The position numbers were made by a program, and so were the translations under genes. Of a DNA stretch of 64,000 bases, positions 12,808 to 26,619 are shown one piece after another. The number at the start of each line of letters is the position of its first letter. The first letter of the stretch is position 1. This DNA is from Ylistrum balloti (Eukaryota), in contig NW_026782132.1 of the NCBI RefSeq assembly GCF_031769215.1, forward strand, positions 248,001 through 312,000. The letters are read 5' to 3'. The notes beneath the pieces were generated by a model that saw only the letters and a list, made by a program, of their open reading frames with translations, did no database searches and had not been told where the DNA came from.

Positions 12808-15430
12808 CTACACGTACGTATATTGAGATTCTCACTTTCTTCCATTTTGGTAGGTTAATGTTTTGCTATGTTTGGATTTTATTTTACCAAAAAACAATGG
12901 AAAAGAGTCATAAATAACACAACTGATTAGGAATTCTTCCAAATGAAAATTTTAGTATATTTTGTAACTAACTACATGCAACAAATATTAAAGATATAGC
13001 AAAAACTGGTTTTAATATCAAATCATGCAGATATCTATGAGCTGACAATCCTTTAGTTCTGAGCTGAAAACCCTTTAGCTATGTAGGATATAATTTTAAG
13101 AGGGGGCTCAATAATGCAGTTTGCATGCAGAATTCATGCAAATAGCGATAATGATAGGAAAACTGAAAAAAAAATAACGAAAGCACCTATCACAGCAGTA
13201 ATCAGCTGTATTTGTGTACGTGTTGTGCTTCTGTATAAATAGGTTTCAACATGTTTCTTATTGTAAGAATATCTCCAATCAATCAATATTGATTCCATGT
13301 CTATTATCTTTGAATAATGAAAAATAGAGTTCTAAATTTCTCTTTCCAGTTTACAAGACAAAAATCTGTCATCAGCACCTACAGATAACAGTGTAAGCTA
13401 TCATTTGATATAGCTGAGTAGGATCCTCTGATGGGTGTGCTGCGTAGTTTTCACTTCTCGGAATTTATATAAAAAGTGTCATTATGCTGATTAAGTGGTA
13501 TCCAACTTTACAAATTAAACAAAGTTGTATGAAACTACATCATTCAAATATGCTTTAATTTTAAAGATATAATTTTCAATATCTTTTCATCATTACAGAT
13601 AAAGAGATGCTACTTTCCCAATCATAAATCATGCTTTTGTGTTATGAGTTCAGTGTGTGTTTTTGCAAGCATTTGTGCCGAGAAGTGAGATCTCATACTT
13701 GTAATATCATAATGTTAGACAAAGTAAATATGAAATTTTGTCTATATATTTGTTTATATTCCTCTTGTTGTCAATTTGATAATTAAAATCATACAGTCAA
13801 AAGTAATTAACTTGATATCAATCAAGGGGGTTGAATCTTGAACCAAAATCAAGATTTATTTTAATTTCTTCAAATTTTCTAATCAGGTCCATCTTCTCCT
13901 TTGATCCATTTCTTCAGCATGTGTATGCTCATTCTTTTAAACCCAAATAAGGAATACACAGTGCAAAAAAAGTCCACTACAAATAACCTCCTCTACTGAT
14001 TTCCTTTCTCTGAAAAAAAACTTGTCTCTTCTGTAAAGCACAAATTCCCTTCAAACAAATTACCTCCCTTGTGAACCCATCCTATGAAATCAAAATTTCC
14101 CTCCGTATGAAAGTTAAAAACAAGCTTTTTTTCTATTTCAAGAGTAGCTGAGAGTGACCTGGTACTTAACCTTGATTGAAGCCAATCAAAAGCTCATCAG
14201 TATAAAACTAGATTTATGTTACTATGGTATCAATATAAATGTTAAGTTATAGCTGTCAAAAGCATTTTGCTACTAATGCCTATGTATACACAAACATACA
14301 GACATGGCTGGATGCATGGAAGGCCATACAAACAGACTTGGGAATAGCTCCATACACAATGTAACCTAACAAGGACAAAGCCAATGCTATATTCTAATAA
14401 AATATATCACTTTTTAAATGACTATAAAAGGGTGTACATCAAGTAGGCACTATAGATTTGTCCATGCCATCATGTGTTAGTATTGGTTTTAGAAACTACC
14501 AATTCTATGTCACCAGTCAACATCAGCAAAACTTGGCATATCAGATGTATGTCCTAAAAAAAAAAAAAAACTGCTGGACGACCACGGGGAAGTGACCTCA
14601 CTGTTGATGCATGGCCTTGTTTTTGTTTCAGGATATGTCAAAAATATCTTTTTTTTTGGAAGTGGAGTGGGGAATAAGAGTTTTAAATACCTCTTCTTTT
14701 CTCAAGCGCCCTGTAGATATGTCAAACTTGTTTAGTAAAATGTTAAAACTATTTCCTCTCATAAAAAAACATTTTATCATTTCCTGGTGTGTGTGACAAG
14801 CAGTCTGTCAGCAGATGTTTGTAGGAAGTTTGCCAGAATATTATTTGCATGAATACGTCTGTTCCAATGACATTCTTAAATTTATCTGCTTGTATCTAGT
14901 CCACAAGCTATTTCTAATTTTTGCACGCATGATGTCTCTGGCATTAAAATTCAGCTATATATTAAAATCTATTTACTGAGAACTTCCTTGTATGTAGCAT
15001 GGGAAACTCAATCTTTTTTATCATCGGTTAAAAAACCTACATTAATACCAGGTAAGATGAACGTATTAAAACTTGAATATTATGATAACAACCTGTTATT
15101 ATTTATATATATCTTACTGTATATCATTAGGGTCCTGTAAGTCACCACTTCTATCTAAATGATGCATTCCATTTTGTGCTTACCTAACCTTGTCATTTAT
15201 GCTCATCCGATGAAAATTTATTTTTAGGCTTTATAACACATTTATAAGTTCTATGAACTGAAAAAACCTCTGATCGATAAAAAATTGCAGCTGATTCTAC
15301 ATTGCAGACATTTTTACATGATTTCGGAACTAAAACTTTACTTTTTTCAAAATTGTGTTTTTGTATTGAAATGAAATTTATTTGAAGGTAGAAACAAATT
15401 TGCTTTGTTTTCCCCCCCTTTTTTATGAAC

Positions 15431-15550
15431 ATATTGTAGAAGTGTCCACTTTCCCAATCATCTGATTACATACTGTAGGAGTGTCCACTGTCCCAATCAT
15501 CTGATTATATATTGTAGGAGTGTCCACTGTCCCAATCATCTGATATTGTA
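15431..15550. repeat. 39-bp tandem repeat x3
   Basis: gtgtccact recurs at 15442, 15481 and 15520. Confidence 0.85.
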
Positions 15551-16886
15551 TCTCGACTGTCCAAACCATCAATAGACCTAATCAACTAAAGACAAATTGA
15601 CATGACCCATTTTTGTTTTTGTTGTTGTTTGTTTTTGTATTGTGATTTATGAAAATATTTATGTAAATGACCCCAAAACATGCAGGAACATGAACCCCCT
15701 GAAGAAGTCAATGTCTTTTATCTCTAAGATATAGTGGTGAAGTTTAGTGGATCAATCCAAGAGTAGAAATGATAGTGTTAATGGCAAAATGGACACAAAG
15801 ACATATACAGTGGTCAGGAAAATGAGAATTGATATACTGAAGCTGTTGCAGGGATATGTGAACTCTTATAAAGAAAACCTAATTTGGCAACATGAAATGA
15901 GCGACATGAAATGAGAATTTCTAAGAGAAGCCATAAAACATTCTCATTTTGTTTAATGTGTCAATCATCTTAATAGGCATTCCATTTCAATCTTTTTTTC
16001 CATCACCCCCAGGATCAAATTACTCTAAAAACATCATGGAAAAACACCAAAACAAGCTCATCACAACAAGCTGATACTGCCCATCACATCAACACTCAAT
16101 AATAACAAAAAAGACACCTATCAACATTGCATGCAATTGTGATAGTTACTGATACAAAAGCCAAGTGATAACTGGCTCTTTGTTAAATCAAAAACATATT
16201 TCTAACATCATCATTTGATATAGATTTGAAATAGTATAGCTACCAACCAGAGTGATAAAAGAGTGCACATATCATTATTACAGATTCCTATAACAAAAGA
16301 ATGTCATCCTGGGCAGAATTCAACCCCTTCCCCACATGGCAAGGAGTTTTTACATCTACATTTTTAGTTTCAGTCCCAGTGACCTGAACTTTTATGTATG
16401 ACCTTGAATTTCCCCATGACATGTACTATTACCCATATTTCTGAATTGTTTCATTGAAATGGGTTCCTATGTTTATGAGAAGTCTGGAGGAGATCCCTAA
16501 CATGATAAGTCTAATTTGGTTACCAAGGCTACTAAATGACAAAGAATGGTATTATTTTCCAAAACATCCCAGCTACTATTTTGCAAAAAATTTAAATAAC
16601 AGGCAATATTTCTATTTTGACCAATCAGAAACCTCCAGCATGCTTCTACAGTATTGTTCTGAAAACATCTGCTGAGTCAAATTAAATATATACCGGCTTT
16701 GATAAGTTACACCATTTGACCAAGTTTCATTAAATTTTGCTTTTGGACTGATGAGCTATGGGCCATTACACATACACCTGTGTAAAATGACAATGTTACC
16801 CTGGTAACCAATATTTTAGCTCAGGAGCCTGCATCTACATCTACATCTACATATGGTCCCTTACACTTCTGCAAGGCTGTTTAGTA

Positions 16887-17070
16887 GGGCTGCTGTGGCC
16901 GAGTGGTTAATGTGTCTGGCCCTCTCTTTCACTAGCCCTCCATCTCTGTGTCGCAGGCTTGAGACCAATGAGTGGCAGTCACTAGGTGCTGGCCACAGGT
17001 TAGGATAGTTTTTCTCCACCATCCAAACCTAGCATATCCTTAAATGACCCTGGCTGTTATTGGGAGAATA
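16887..17070 (+). mobile_element. tRNA-derived SINE, degenerate
   Basis: A-box-like gtggccgagtggttaa, decayed B-box region, body ending ccttaaatgaccctggctgtt; matches my recollection of a bivalve SINE. Confidence 0.65.
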
Positions 17071-17354
17071 TCTTCAATAAACAAAATACTGTATGGTTTC
17101 ATTGAAAATGGGTGCTCAAGACTGGTCAGACAATTTTATCCTCCATACCTTTATATGTATGATGAACAGATGGACAGACAAACAAAGATGATTCCAGTTT
17201 AACACGACTTCCCATCTTCATTGCCAGAGGGGATGGGGTTGGTAGGTTGTATAAAAAAGAATAGTTTATAATCACTCTCCTGACTGATGACAAGGCTAGT
17301 AATCTCATACAAGCTAAACAAGGTGGTTTAATAAAGCTAGAATACTTTGGTTGC

Positions 17355-17368
17355 GTTGTCATGACAAC
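17355..17368. promoter_or_regulatory. Perfect RFX X-box-type palindrome GTTGTCATGACAAC
   Basis: Exact palindrome matching the X-box consensus, with local CpG enrichment at 17350-17750. Confidence 0.45.
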
Positions 17369-18231
17369 AGGTGTAAGACTAGCTTGCTGTTTCCCTCATT
17401 CTTGTTAAGAAGACACAATGCCAGCAAATCTGTCTACCTTATAATACATGTTTATTGTGGTGCGTAGGTTACACGATGTGAAATTTCCATATATGTACAT
17501 ACGACATTGACAAGCTATGTTACAGAGACTTGTTCTGTCAAGACCCTTGTCACAGCGAGTATACAGATAACAAATATGACATGCTGACAAATCATAGGAA
17601 CTATAGATTCAGTGAGAAGGTATTAAAACAAAACTAGGTTACAGCTCTCATCTGTATCACTCAAAAATGGAAAACAAATCCTTTATAAGAATTCAATCAA
17701 TCTCCGGTTAGATATTTCTTATACGAATTCAATCAATCTCCGGTCAGACATTTGAACTGCCTTATGATTCTTGATCCTGTCAATTTCTGATCAGCAGGCT
17801 TCAGCACTGGTATTATAACAGCACTAAGAAAATGGATTTTTTTTTCAATTTTGTCAAGATTACAAGTATTACATAAATCCTAAATATCAATCAATAACAT
17901 GTCTTCTTCTTTCTATAAAAAAAAAAAGCAGTATCCATAGCAACCAGCACAAAAATAAAATATCTGATGTGCTTTGCCATGGGAAATGTATTGTATTTGT
18001 ATATATAGCATTGCCAAGTGTTTGAGAAGATAAAAAAAAATTTGTGGAGTGTATTGTAATATACCCATAAAGGGACAAAAACTGTGGCCCTAATGATAAA
18101 GACTCCAGTAGCTTGATAGTGAGAGATATCTAGCATCATGATTACAGAGTCTTCCTGCTGTGCAGTATCAACATGCTTTTTCAGTCATTGCTATGCCAAT
18201 ATAAAGACCTTTATCAACTTAAGAACTTTAC

Positions 18232-18393
18232 CAAGTGTATTTGTATTTACATGTTGTTTACTTTGAATTTCTAAATTATACAAGTTTCCTCCATTCTTAA
18301 GGCACAGAACCAAGCAGTAATGATAGCCTTGTATAATAAGAGAGGCCATAATTACACTCATAATAAGGCTTCCCACAGGATCAGCCATTTCAA
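18232..18393 (-). CDS. Candidate coding exon (162 nt, phase 1-1), VEMADPVGSLIMSVIMASLIIQGYHYCLVLCLKNGGNLYNLEIQSKQHVNTNTL
   Basis: Acceptor gttttttcag, donor TTG|gtaaag, 54 open codons; phase fits exons 27489 and 33430. Confidence 0.4.
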
Positions 18394-19874
18394 CTGAAAA
18401 AACTTTGAATAACCAAAATACAATTTTTAAACAAAGAGAGTATGAAAAGTGCAAAAAAGAATAAAGAAATGATTATAACAAAAGAGAAGAAAAGAATATG
18501 CCAAATAGTACAAGCTAACTAAACTGTATCTTGTGAAATCTGACAACATGATAATGAAATATGTACATTGTCAGATACAGCTACTTAAACACCAGGAAAT
18601 TGTTACAATATCATGGGATCATGATTCATCAGGAAACTGACTAATATTACATAATTCATCATAACTGCCTCCTACAGTTATAGGTTAAAACAACAAGATA
18701 TCTGTCTTTCAGTGTCAATATGTATTGATTGTTCCGTCTTCCTGAGGTAAAGGAGACAACTCGGGTCAAGGCTTGTTTTCTGATACTGTCTGTAGTCTAA
18801 GGGAAGTAATCCATGGTAGTTTTCCATTACTCCAAAGAAAAGCAATTAAAAGTAAGACTTATCTCCCTTTATATGCAATAATGGATTATGTCCTTTCATC
18901 ACAATGATTTAGAAAAAATTAAGTATATGTTTTGAAGATTTTCACAAGTTTTTTTACAAATGATTCTACAATGCTTCTAAAATATTAAGTTTTTGCCCTT
19001 TTCTCCCTTTTAACATATTTCACCATGCAAATTTACAGTTACCTCCAATTAAAAGATTTATAACAACAATGTAACACTCTGTACATGTTACAGGGCTTTT
19101 ATTTTTACTGATATTCAATACAGTGATTTTACAAAATTCTACTTATTAAAATCTGTTTAGTGTTCCTAAGAGACACATGCAAGTGAGCCTTTTATGATAG
19201 ATATGCCAGACTTTACTGTTATAGTTTCTGAACTTTAAAACAATTACAAATATAAAGGTTGTTCTATCAGTCTCATTGATGTCATAGGTATCAATATCAC
19301 TATATTATTAATAACACTTATTCCTTAATTATAGATAAAATTTTGGTTTAGTCTTGGCCTACAATATGATTCTTCCTCTTCAGTTATAGGCCTACACCAG
19401 AATTTGTCTGACATGTTTTGGATTCACTTACAACTAAAATCAGTAGGGAGTCATGATCATTGCTTGATTGAATTACCTACAATATGTAATAGCATAAAAT
19501 TGTTTTTCATAGAGCATACTTTGTACCAGTAATTCTACACAGACAGAAATAAAATAATATATAGTCATTCTTATGAATGCAAAATGCAACAAAAAATGCT
19601 TATCAAAATGCCAATTAGAAAATGAAACTTCATGTCATTTAACAAATTTAAAAACTGGAGGAGATAATAAAGATGACTGGAAAAAAGACTTTTGTGGAAT
19701 TTTATGTCTTACCGTCCTTGCTTTGAATTACTTATATGACCAATTCAATATCACAGAAAAAAAATTTGTAACAAATCCCAAAGAAAGCTGATGAAGCACA
19801 AATTAGAAAGATGCTGAAAAGAGGGAAATTCAATTTTCTGAAAATTGTCAATTCAAAAAGCTAAAAATTTTCAT

Positions 19875-21072
19875 AGAAGAGGTCCAGAGAGCTTGTATTG
19901 CTCAAATGGATGGTAATGCAATGATGCCAACATAATTATATGTTCAAAAATCTGTATAAAAGATGCTAATGTCTATTAGATATGATAAAATGTTGTTCTT
20001 ATTTAACTAGAATTCAAGAGAAGGCATTTGTTTTTGTTTTTTGTCTTTTTAACAATTCTTTCTCCTTTGATCTTGCTATAAGGTCAAGGTCGTGTGAGGT
20101 AATTCTGTTGCATCAAGCTATAGTGACAAACTAACAGGAACCTAAATCTTCTGAAACTGGAGAAGCAATGGGAAAGGTTTTCAACAAATTTGACCTCTGT
20201 GACCTCTGTGAAAATAAATCAAGGTCATTTACACAAGGAACCTTGCATACTGGCCAAATGCCAGGACTCTTGGTCTCATAAATGCTTATGAAAAGACACT
20301 TAAATGTTTAAAACACAGTTGACCCTTGTGAGCAATTTCCTTTTATGAGGAATTTCAAAGCCCTCCATTCTAAATACCTACTATAAAATTGAACATATTT
20401 GACATCTGTGACTTTGAAAATACATGTACTAGGAAGGTCATGGTCAGTCATAATAAGAGGAAACTTTATAGAAATCCATTCCTCCCAGGTGCTTACTGAA
20501 ACATCTTTCCCTGGTACTTACTGAAATACCTATCCTGGATACATATTGAAATAATGGAATTTAAGAAGCAAAATTCTTGGATTTTAACATATTTAGCCCA
20601 TGGGCAAATATTATTATGTCCACAAAATCATACACCAAACTCAAATACAATAAAATGAAGGCAAAAGATGAATGAAAGAAAGATTTACAGAGACTTCTGA
20701 AAAATGTACAGGGAGAATAAGACTGCTTCATCAACAACACCTGTCATGTAAACCTTGGTCAATCCAAGTAGGTAATGTCACATTCTCAAATGAGAACAAA
20801 GTATACAACAACAGCACAACAGGCAAACTAACGAGCATCAAGCACATCTGGCTTCACCTCACACAAAGAAATAGAATATTTCTCAATAAAATCACTTATT
20901 GCTTGATGACCTTAAAAAGAAAGTAATTCATATGAGAAAACCTTAAGCCATCCATCCTAGGAACCACCTGGCCAAATATCAGTTACCAAGTTTTCTTGAA
21001 GAAGTTGCTTAAATTAAAAAATTCAAAAATCATTTCATAAGCTACCAAGCACATGTGACCTAATGAGCTTAA
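19875..21072 (+). mobile_element. Degenerate HINE-like element
   Basis: Start gaagaggtccagagagcttgtattgctc resembles the family 5' end; TGACCT/AAGGTCA modules; ends atgagcttaa. Confidence 0.45.
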
Positions 21073-21929
21073 GATCAAATTAAAAATGCTGTTCAGGAAT
21101 AAAACTTCACGCAATAGTGATTAACATACACCTACAAAGTTATAAAGAGAATCGTCGAAAACTGTGAGAGGAGATCTATGGACAGTTAAAGAGACCTAAA
21201 TTTCAATCTTGAAATTTGACTTGGCTTAGTGAATTAATCACACCAACAATCTTATATAAAGTTTCATCAACATATTGTTCAATTTGAATTTGAAATGACA
21301 CAGTTTTTTTGTCATTTCTTGAAAACTTGATGTGAAGAAAAACAGAAGTAAGTAAGCAAATTTTATGAAAGGCTACACTTTATATCATGTTAAGAAAAGA
21401 AGCATCATTGACTGATGAAATAACATGTTTACAAGCAATCAGAAGAAAGGACCTTTATAAAAGTTCCTGGTACAGCTGTAGTATCATGTACAAAGATATT
21501 TCATTTTCTCCAAGGAATCGATTTACTTTTTCCAAAATAAAGTTAAACACTCAAAAGCAAATATGACATGGACTTTTATATCCTAGATAAGCCTTTCATA
21601 TGATACAAAAAGGAAAACCAGGATATCAGGATACTGGTTCCTTCTATAAGAAGATCTTTATGTATAGGACTTTAGGCATGTGATCTTTTCTTTCCACTAA
21701 AACTACCTGTCGTATTGACTGTAATAACGTCAGCAGTGCCATGTGGAATAGTAGTCGAAAAGTGAACATCAGAAAATCACCTGTAAACCATATATACCAA
21801 GTTGGCTATTAGATTCAAAATAAAATATGTAAAACAAAGTACAGAAACAAATTTTAAGATCTCACATGAAAAATTGCTTATGTCACAACCAACAAGGCAT
21901 TGCAAATGATATAAACTGACAAGCATATT

Positions 21930-22375
21930 GACCTTGACTTTTGTGTAATAAAGAAGATGACCTTGTGTGTAAAACTTGACCAAAATCCCTTTGGGATTAA
22001 GCCACTAGAGTGCTGACTAGGATTTACTGAAATATGCTATAGTAAAAGTGACCTTGACCCAACAACTCTGAAATTCAAACTTATCCAAATCATTATGGTC
22101 CTGTAGTTTGAACAAAACCTGTTATGAAAGTGAAGCCACTGAAACACTGACAATAACCTTCTAAAACAGCAACAGTGATCTTGTCCTTTTCATGCAGCAG
22201 GACTCAACAACCCTAAAACTGAAAATTATTTTGAGATATTATGGTCCTTTGTAAGTTTGCAAACTTTGATGAAAATTCCCCAAGAGACGAAGTTGCTATA
22301 GTGCTAACAAGAACAAGTGTAGCATTACAAGTGATTAATTCTGTATCCCTGAAATTTGTCACAAGGGGATAACAA
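21930..22375 (+). mobile_element. TGACCTTGACC-type dispersed repeat remnant
   Basis: Internally repeated module (accctaaaactgaa...attatggtcc) and a terminal hairpin-like atccctgaaatttgtcacaaggggat. Confidence 0.4.
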
Positions 22376-22980
22376 AACTGTCATATTCTTGACATCAGCT
22401 CAAAAATACATGGACAACCAGATACCTTCTATTTTCAAATTGAAATATTGAAATTGGCCTGTTTGAATGTTGCCATCACTTTTGCTCTCTGTATACCTGG
22501 AATATCTGATGGCAAAACTGAAGGTTCTGTGTGTGGCACTTTGTGCACAGGACGAAAAGAACAATTTAATCCTTTGATATACATCAAATGAATCTCCAGG
22601 CCACATAACTGTGTGATGTACTGGCTTTGAAGTTGAATGTCACTCCCTGGTAATCTTCAAAAGGACCTTCTTATCCTGTGGTTGTTCAATTTTTTTCTCC
22701 TGTAACCTATGAAATTACTTATTGTGCCTTCAATTTTATCATAACATATTGCTGGGGTACAGACAGCAAAAGTAATTGTAACCCCAGGAGTATTGAGGAT
22801 GGTTGTGAGCATGGATGTACATAAAGTAAGTTTCCGAAAACGTTTCACTTCCAAAATTTCTTAAATCGTTGTCACCAACATGGAGAAGATTGATATAGGC
22901 TAGATATATATCTGATGCCTTTATCTATATATTGTTTAAATATATAACAAAAGTTGTTGAAATGAAAACAAAATGGCCTA

Positions 22981-23440
22981 ATAAGAGATCCCAGAGGTCC
23001 TTGGCTCTCACCACTGATTGTTCTTAATTTATTCAATTCAGTCTTAACCCTTCTTTCCTTTGTTTTTGCTCTTTAATATAAAATCTGAAAATCCTTCTGA
23101 AGATATAGTGATAATAGTATATGACTGTCAAATCAAAGATGGCCTCCTGTCAGCCACTTTGTTTTTCTGACCAGTCCCAAAATTTAAAGGAACCATGAAC
23201 ATACATATGAAATCTGGGAATGATCCATCAAACATTTCCCAGAAATCAAGATAACACTCTATGTAAAAAAGCAAGTTGGCCAACTGTTGTACATCTTGCT
23301 TTTCTGATCAATCCCAAAACTGGGCAATGCACAATAAAAGATCAAGGGGAGCCTAAACATGAACTTTGAGAAAAGTCCATCCATTGCTTCTCCAGAAAAA
23401 ATGAAGATGGGAAGTGGGGTTAATCTGATGATAGATGGCT
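22981..23440 (+). mobile_element. Degenerate HINE-like element
   Basis: Starts aagagatcccagagg..cttggc; aagatggcctcctgtcagccac module shared with 7435-7620 and 11420-11510. Confidence 0.5.
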
Positions 23441-26400
23441 GATAAATATAAAGATGCTCATGCTTTGTATATAGAGTGGTCATAAAATACATTCGCATGT
23501 TATTCAGTGAATAGACCCTGGCATGTACTCACAAGATATTTCGCATTAGGAAATATAATTAAGAAACAATTTAGTTATATCAACTGAAATTACCCACAAT
23601 ACGTCAGCACATCTTTAAAGCAGCATATGGGGCAAATATAAGATAAAATCAAGTAAACCATATTAAGATCTCAATCCTATATGTTTTTTATGTTGAATCA
23701 GGCATTCAAATCCAGGTCACCTTTCATTAAACACCAGTGTATTTCCAAATGCACCACTTCACCATTCCATATTCAATTCTGAAGCTTAAAATTATGTTAA
23801 TATGAGATCATAATACATTTTACAACTAGAATGAAATCAACATTAGGTTATGTACATTATATACTGAGAGCACTCAAAAAAAATGAAATATAGTCTATGA
23901 CTTTATTTTTAAACCTAACTGATTATAATGATAATATCACTTCAGTCAAATAGTAGGATTCCTTACCTCCAATAAAATTCTCACATACCAGAATCTTAGA
24001 GATAAAATCATTCAAATTTGATAAGATTTATAAAAACATATTTTCCATTCCACTTGCTAAAATTTAGAATGATTAGGTTTGTTTAAAAAAGCATCTCATG
24101 AAACAATAAAAAAAATCTCAGAAGGTCACACATATTCAGTCAAGATAGCTTCTGTAAAAGTAAACATATGTTATAAACAAATCTACATATATATATGTTC
24201 TTAGTAGTATACATATCAGTATATAGTTTCTAATTAAAAGGTGTGATAAACAATGCAAACTGTTTCTGCATTACATCGTTACATTTAATACCTACCCCTA
24301 AATTTAGAAGTATCTCTTCTTTTCACCTTTCCACAGAAAAACTCCTAACCAGAAATGAACTTGATAAGGAATTATAATATCCATTAGTAGAAAGATCTTC
24401 CAAAATATACCTCCTGTGCACACACAATTGAGATAAATAGCACATACAGCCTCTGCATCATGCTCATCATCTAATTGGTTAAGATAAATACAAAACCACC
24501 AATCAGCAAGCAGAGCAACAAGGAAGTTGAATTCACATTTAAATAGCTTTGACAGAAATCAATAAGTAGAACTCCTGTATTGCTACCAGTTACATGTGCT
24601 AACAGCCGTATATGTAGGCCTGGTACAGCGCCCATCAGCTTATACAAACCAAATTTCACTGACACTTATCAACAATTAAAAAAAATGGTTCAATACATTC
24701 TTATCAAAATAAAATATTCTTAATTCCATTTAATTTTTTTTAGTTGAATGTTGCATTTTTTTTAGTTATATTATTATGGTAACTTAAAATTGTATGTACA
24801 GACATGTAGGTTCCAAACAATTTAAATTGAGATAAAAACAATTTGTCAAAAAATCATAAATTTGCTGCCATCAACCGTCACAAGCTATAGTTCCCAAAAC
24901 AAATTAAACTGAATAACATATACCAAGTCCAGTGTGTCAGTTCAGTGCGCTATGGTGTCATTAGAATCCCTGTACATCTATGTACAGGAGGCTATTCTGT
25001 GGTAAACATTAAGGATTAATTCCCTGATATGCTTTATTCACTGTTGTAAATAACAATGACATGTAATAATATATGTAGGGCAAGAATCAATATCTACCCA
25101 ATTACTAATGCCTATAGTAGGTTAATATTATATTAAGAGTTGTTTCCCTTCAGTTGATATATATCATATCAAAATATATACAAGTGTAGATATGGACCTA
25201 GTTATATTTTTTCTATTGTTTGGGATTTCAAGATGGGAAAGTAGAGCAGGCAAATATCTTGCAGTATTACAAGATCAAAAAAGACATTCATGTTGGTCTT
25301 GGGAAAACTGACCAAAAGTACAATGTATTTCTACTAGACAAATAGACATTTTTGTAAAATGGTCAGACACAGTTTGTCTCAAATTGCACATACATTTATG
25401 TACATGATATATGCTATTTTTAGCTGTCCATATACCCTGACCATATCTAAGGTTCCTCTGTGAACTTTGTAGAGTTACCACACAATTACTTCTATAAAAG
25501 CAGTGTCCATGAACTTTGTCAGCTAATTTTCAGGCGTTGAAAAAAATGTTGAGCATTTACAGTTACATTATGAAAATATTGTGAAAAAAAAACTTATTCG
25601 ATCATTTCAATTTTAATATCATCACCATATGTAGAAAACTTGGCAAAATTCATTTGATCAACCATATTTTGCTTTTCTTTTCTGTCTTAGTGACATTGGG
25701 ACAAAAGTCATTAGTCATTCATACTCCTCATCATGCTGTTAATGGGGCTGAACACAGCATGGATTACTTTAACTAACATACCTTTCTTTATTTAAAGAGT
25801 GCACATATTTTAAATCAGATGAACATCATATGAAGCATGATGAAGCGTGTTGTCCAGGACACATCAATTTTCTATATGTTGGAATCAAATGATTAAAGCT
25901 CAATAATTTCTTAAATTATGTAAACATGTTTTTTTCACTTCTTCTGCACTGATTCAATCATAGCATTTATCTTTAAGTCTACATCAAATTATATAAGTGG
26001 CAAACTTGGGTAAGATGACGTAAAGCCATTCTGTACAGAAGTACAAAAGTGCACCATTTCTACCAGATGCATCAATGTGTTACCATTTCAACAGACCTGC
26101 CCATAATACTTTATGTATTAAGATCAAGAGCATATCAAATCACTTATACTTTACATGGATCAAGCTCAATTCCATTTATTCAAAGAAAGACTTCTGCATT
26201 TAAAAAAAAATAATCTGACAAGTTGGTCAAATAAATTTTTGAGATGTTGTATTAAAGCTACTGTTGTAATAGCCATAATTCTTTCTTGTAGATAAAGTCA
26301 CTGTCTGCTGTTACAAACTGAAATTTAAGGGAGCTGAAATAAGAGAACACTTCTGAAAATAAACAAGATGTAAATAAACAAACTCTCATCACAATAAAGG

Positions 26401-26619
26401 ATGCATTCTATATTTCAATATAAGGATTTACAGTCTTTAGAAATGACTGTACCATAGTATTGTATTACATAAAATTAACATTTACTATGGTACTCATTTC
26501 TATGGAATTTTTCTTAATAAATTTGCATATTTTCACATAAATTTCTATTTGATTTTCATCAATGACATGCCCAAGATTCAAATCTCCAATGTAAAATAAA
26601 CTTGAACATTTCCATGACA

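Noticed and set aside
15185-15257. Minus-strand segment with a strong acceptor and TAG|gtaagc donor
   Set aside because: Stops in all three frames.
21707-21780. 74-nt phase 1-0 exon candidate GDFLMFTFRLLFHMALLTLLQSIRQ
   Set aside because: Moderate splice sites, and it does not fit the phase of the next good exon; kept only as a possibility.
22400-22860. Two track ORFs in a slightly GC-richer stretch
   Set aside because: No consistent splice sites or recognisable motif in any frame.
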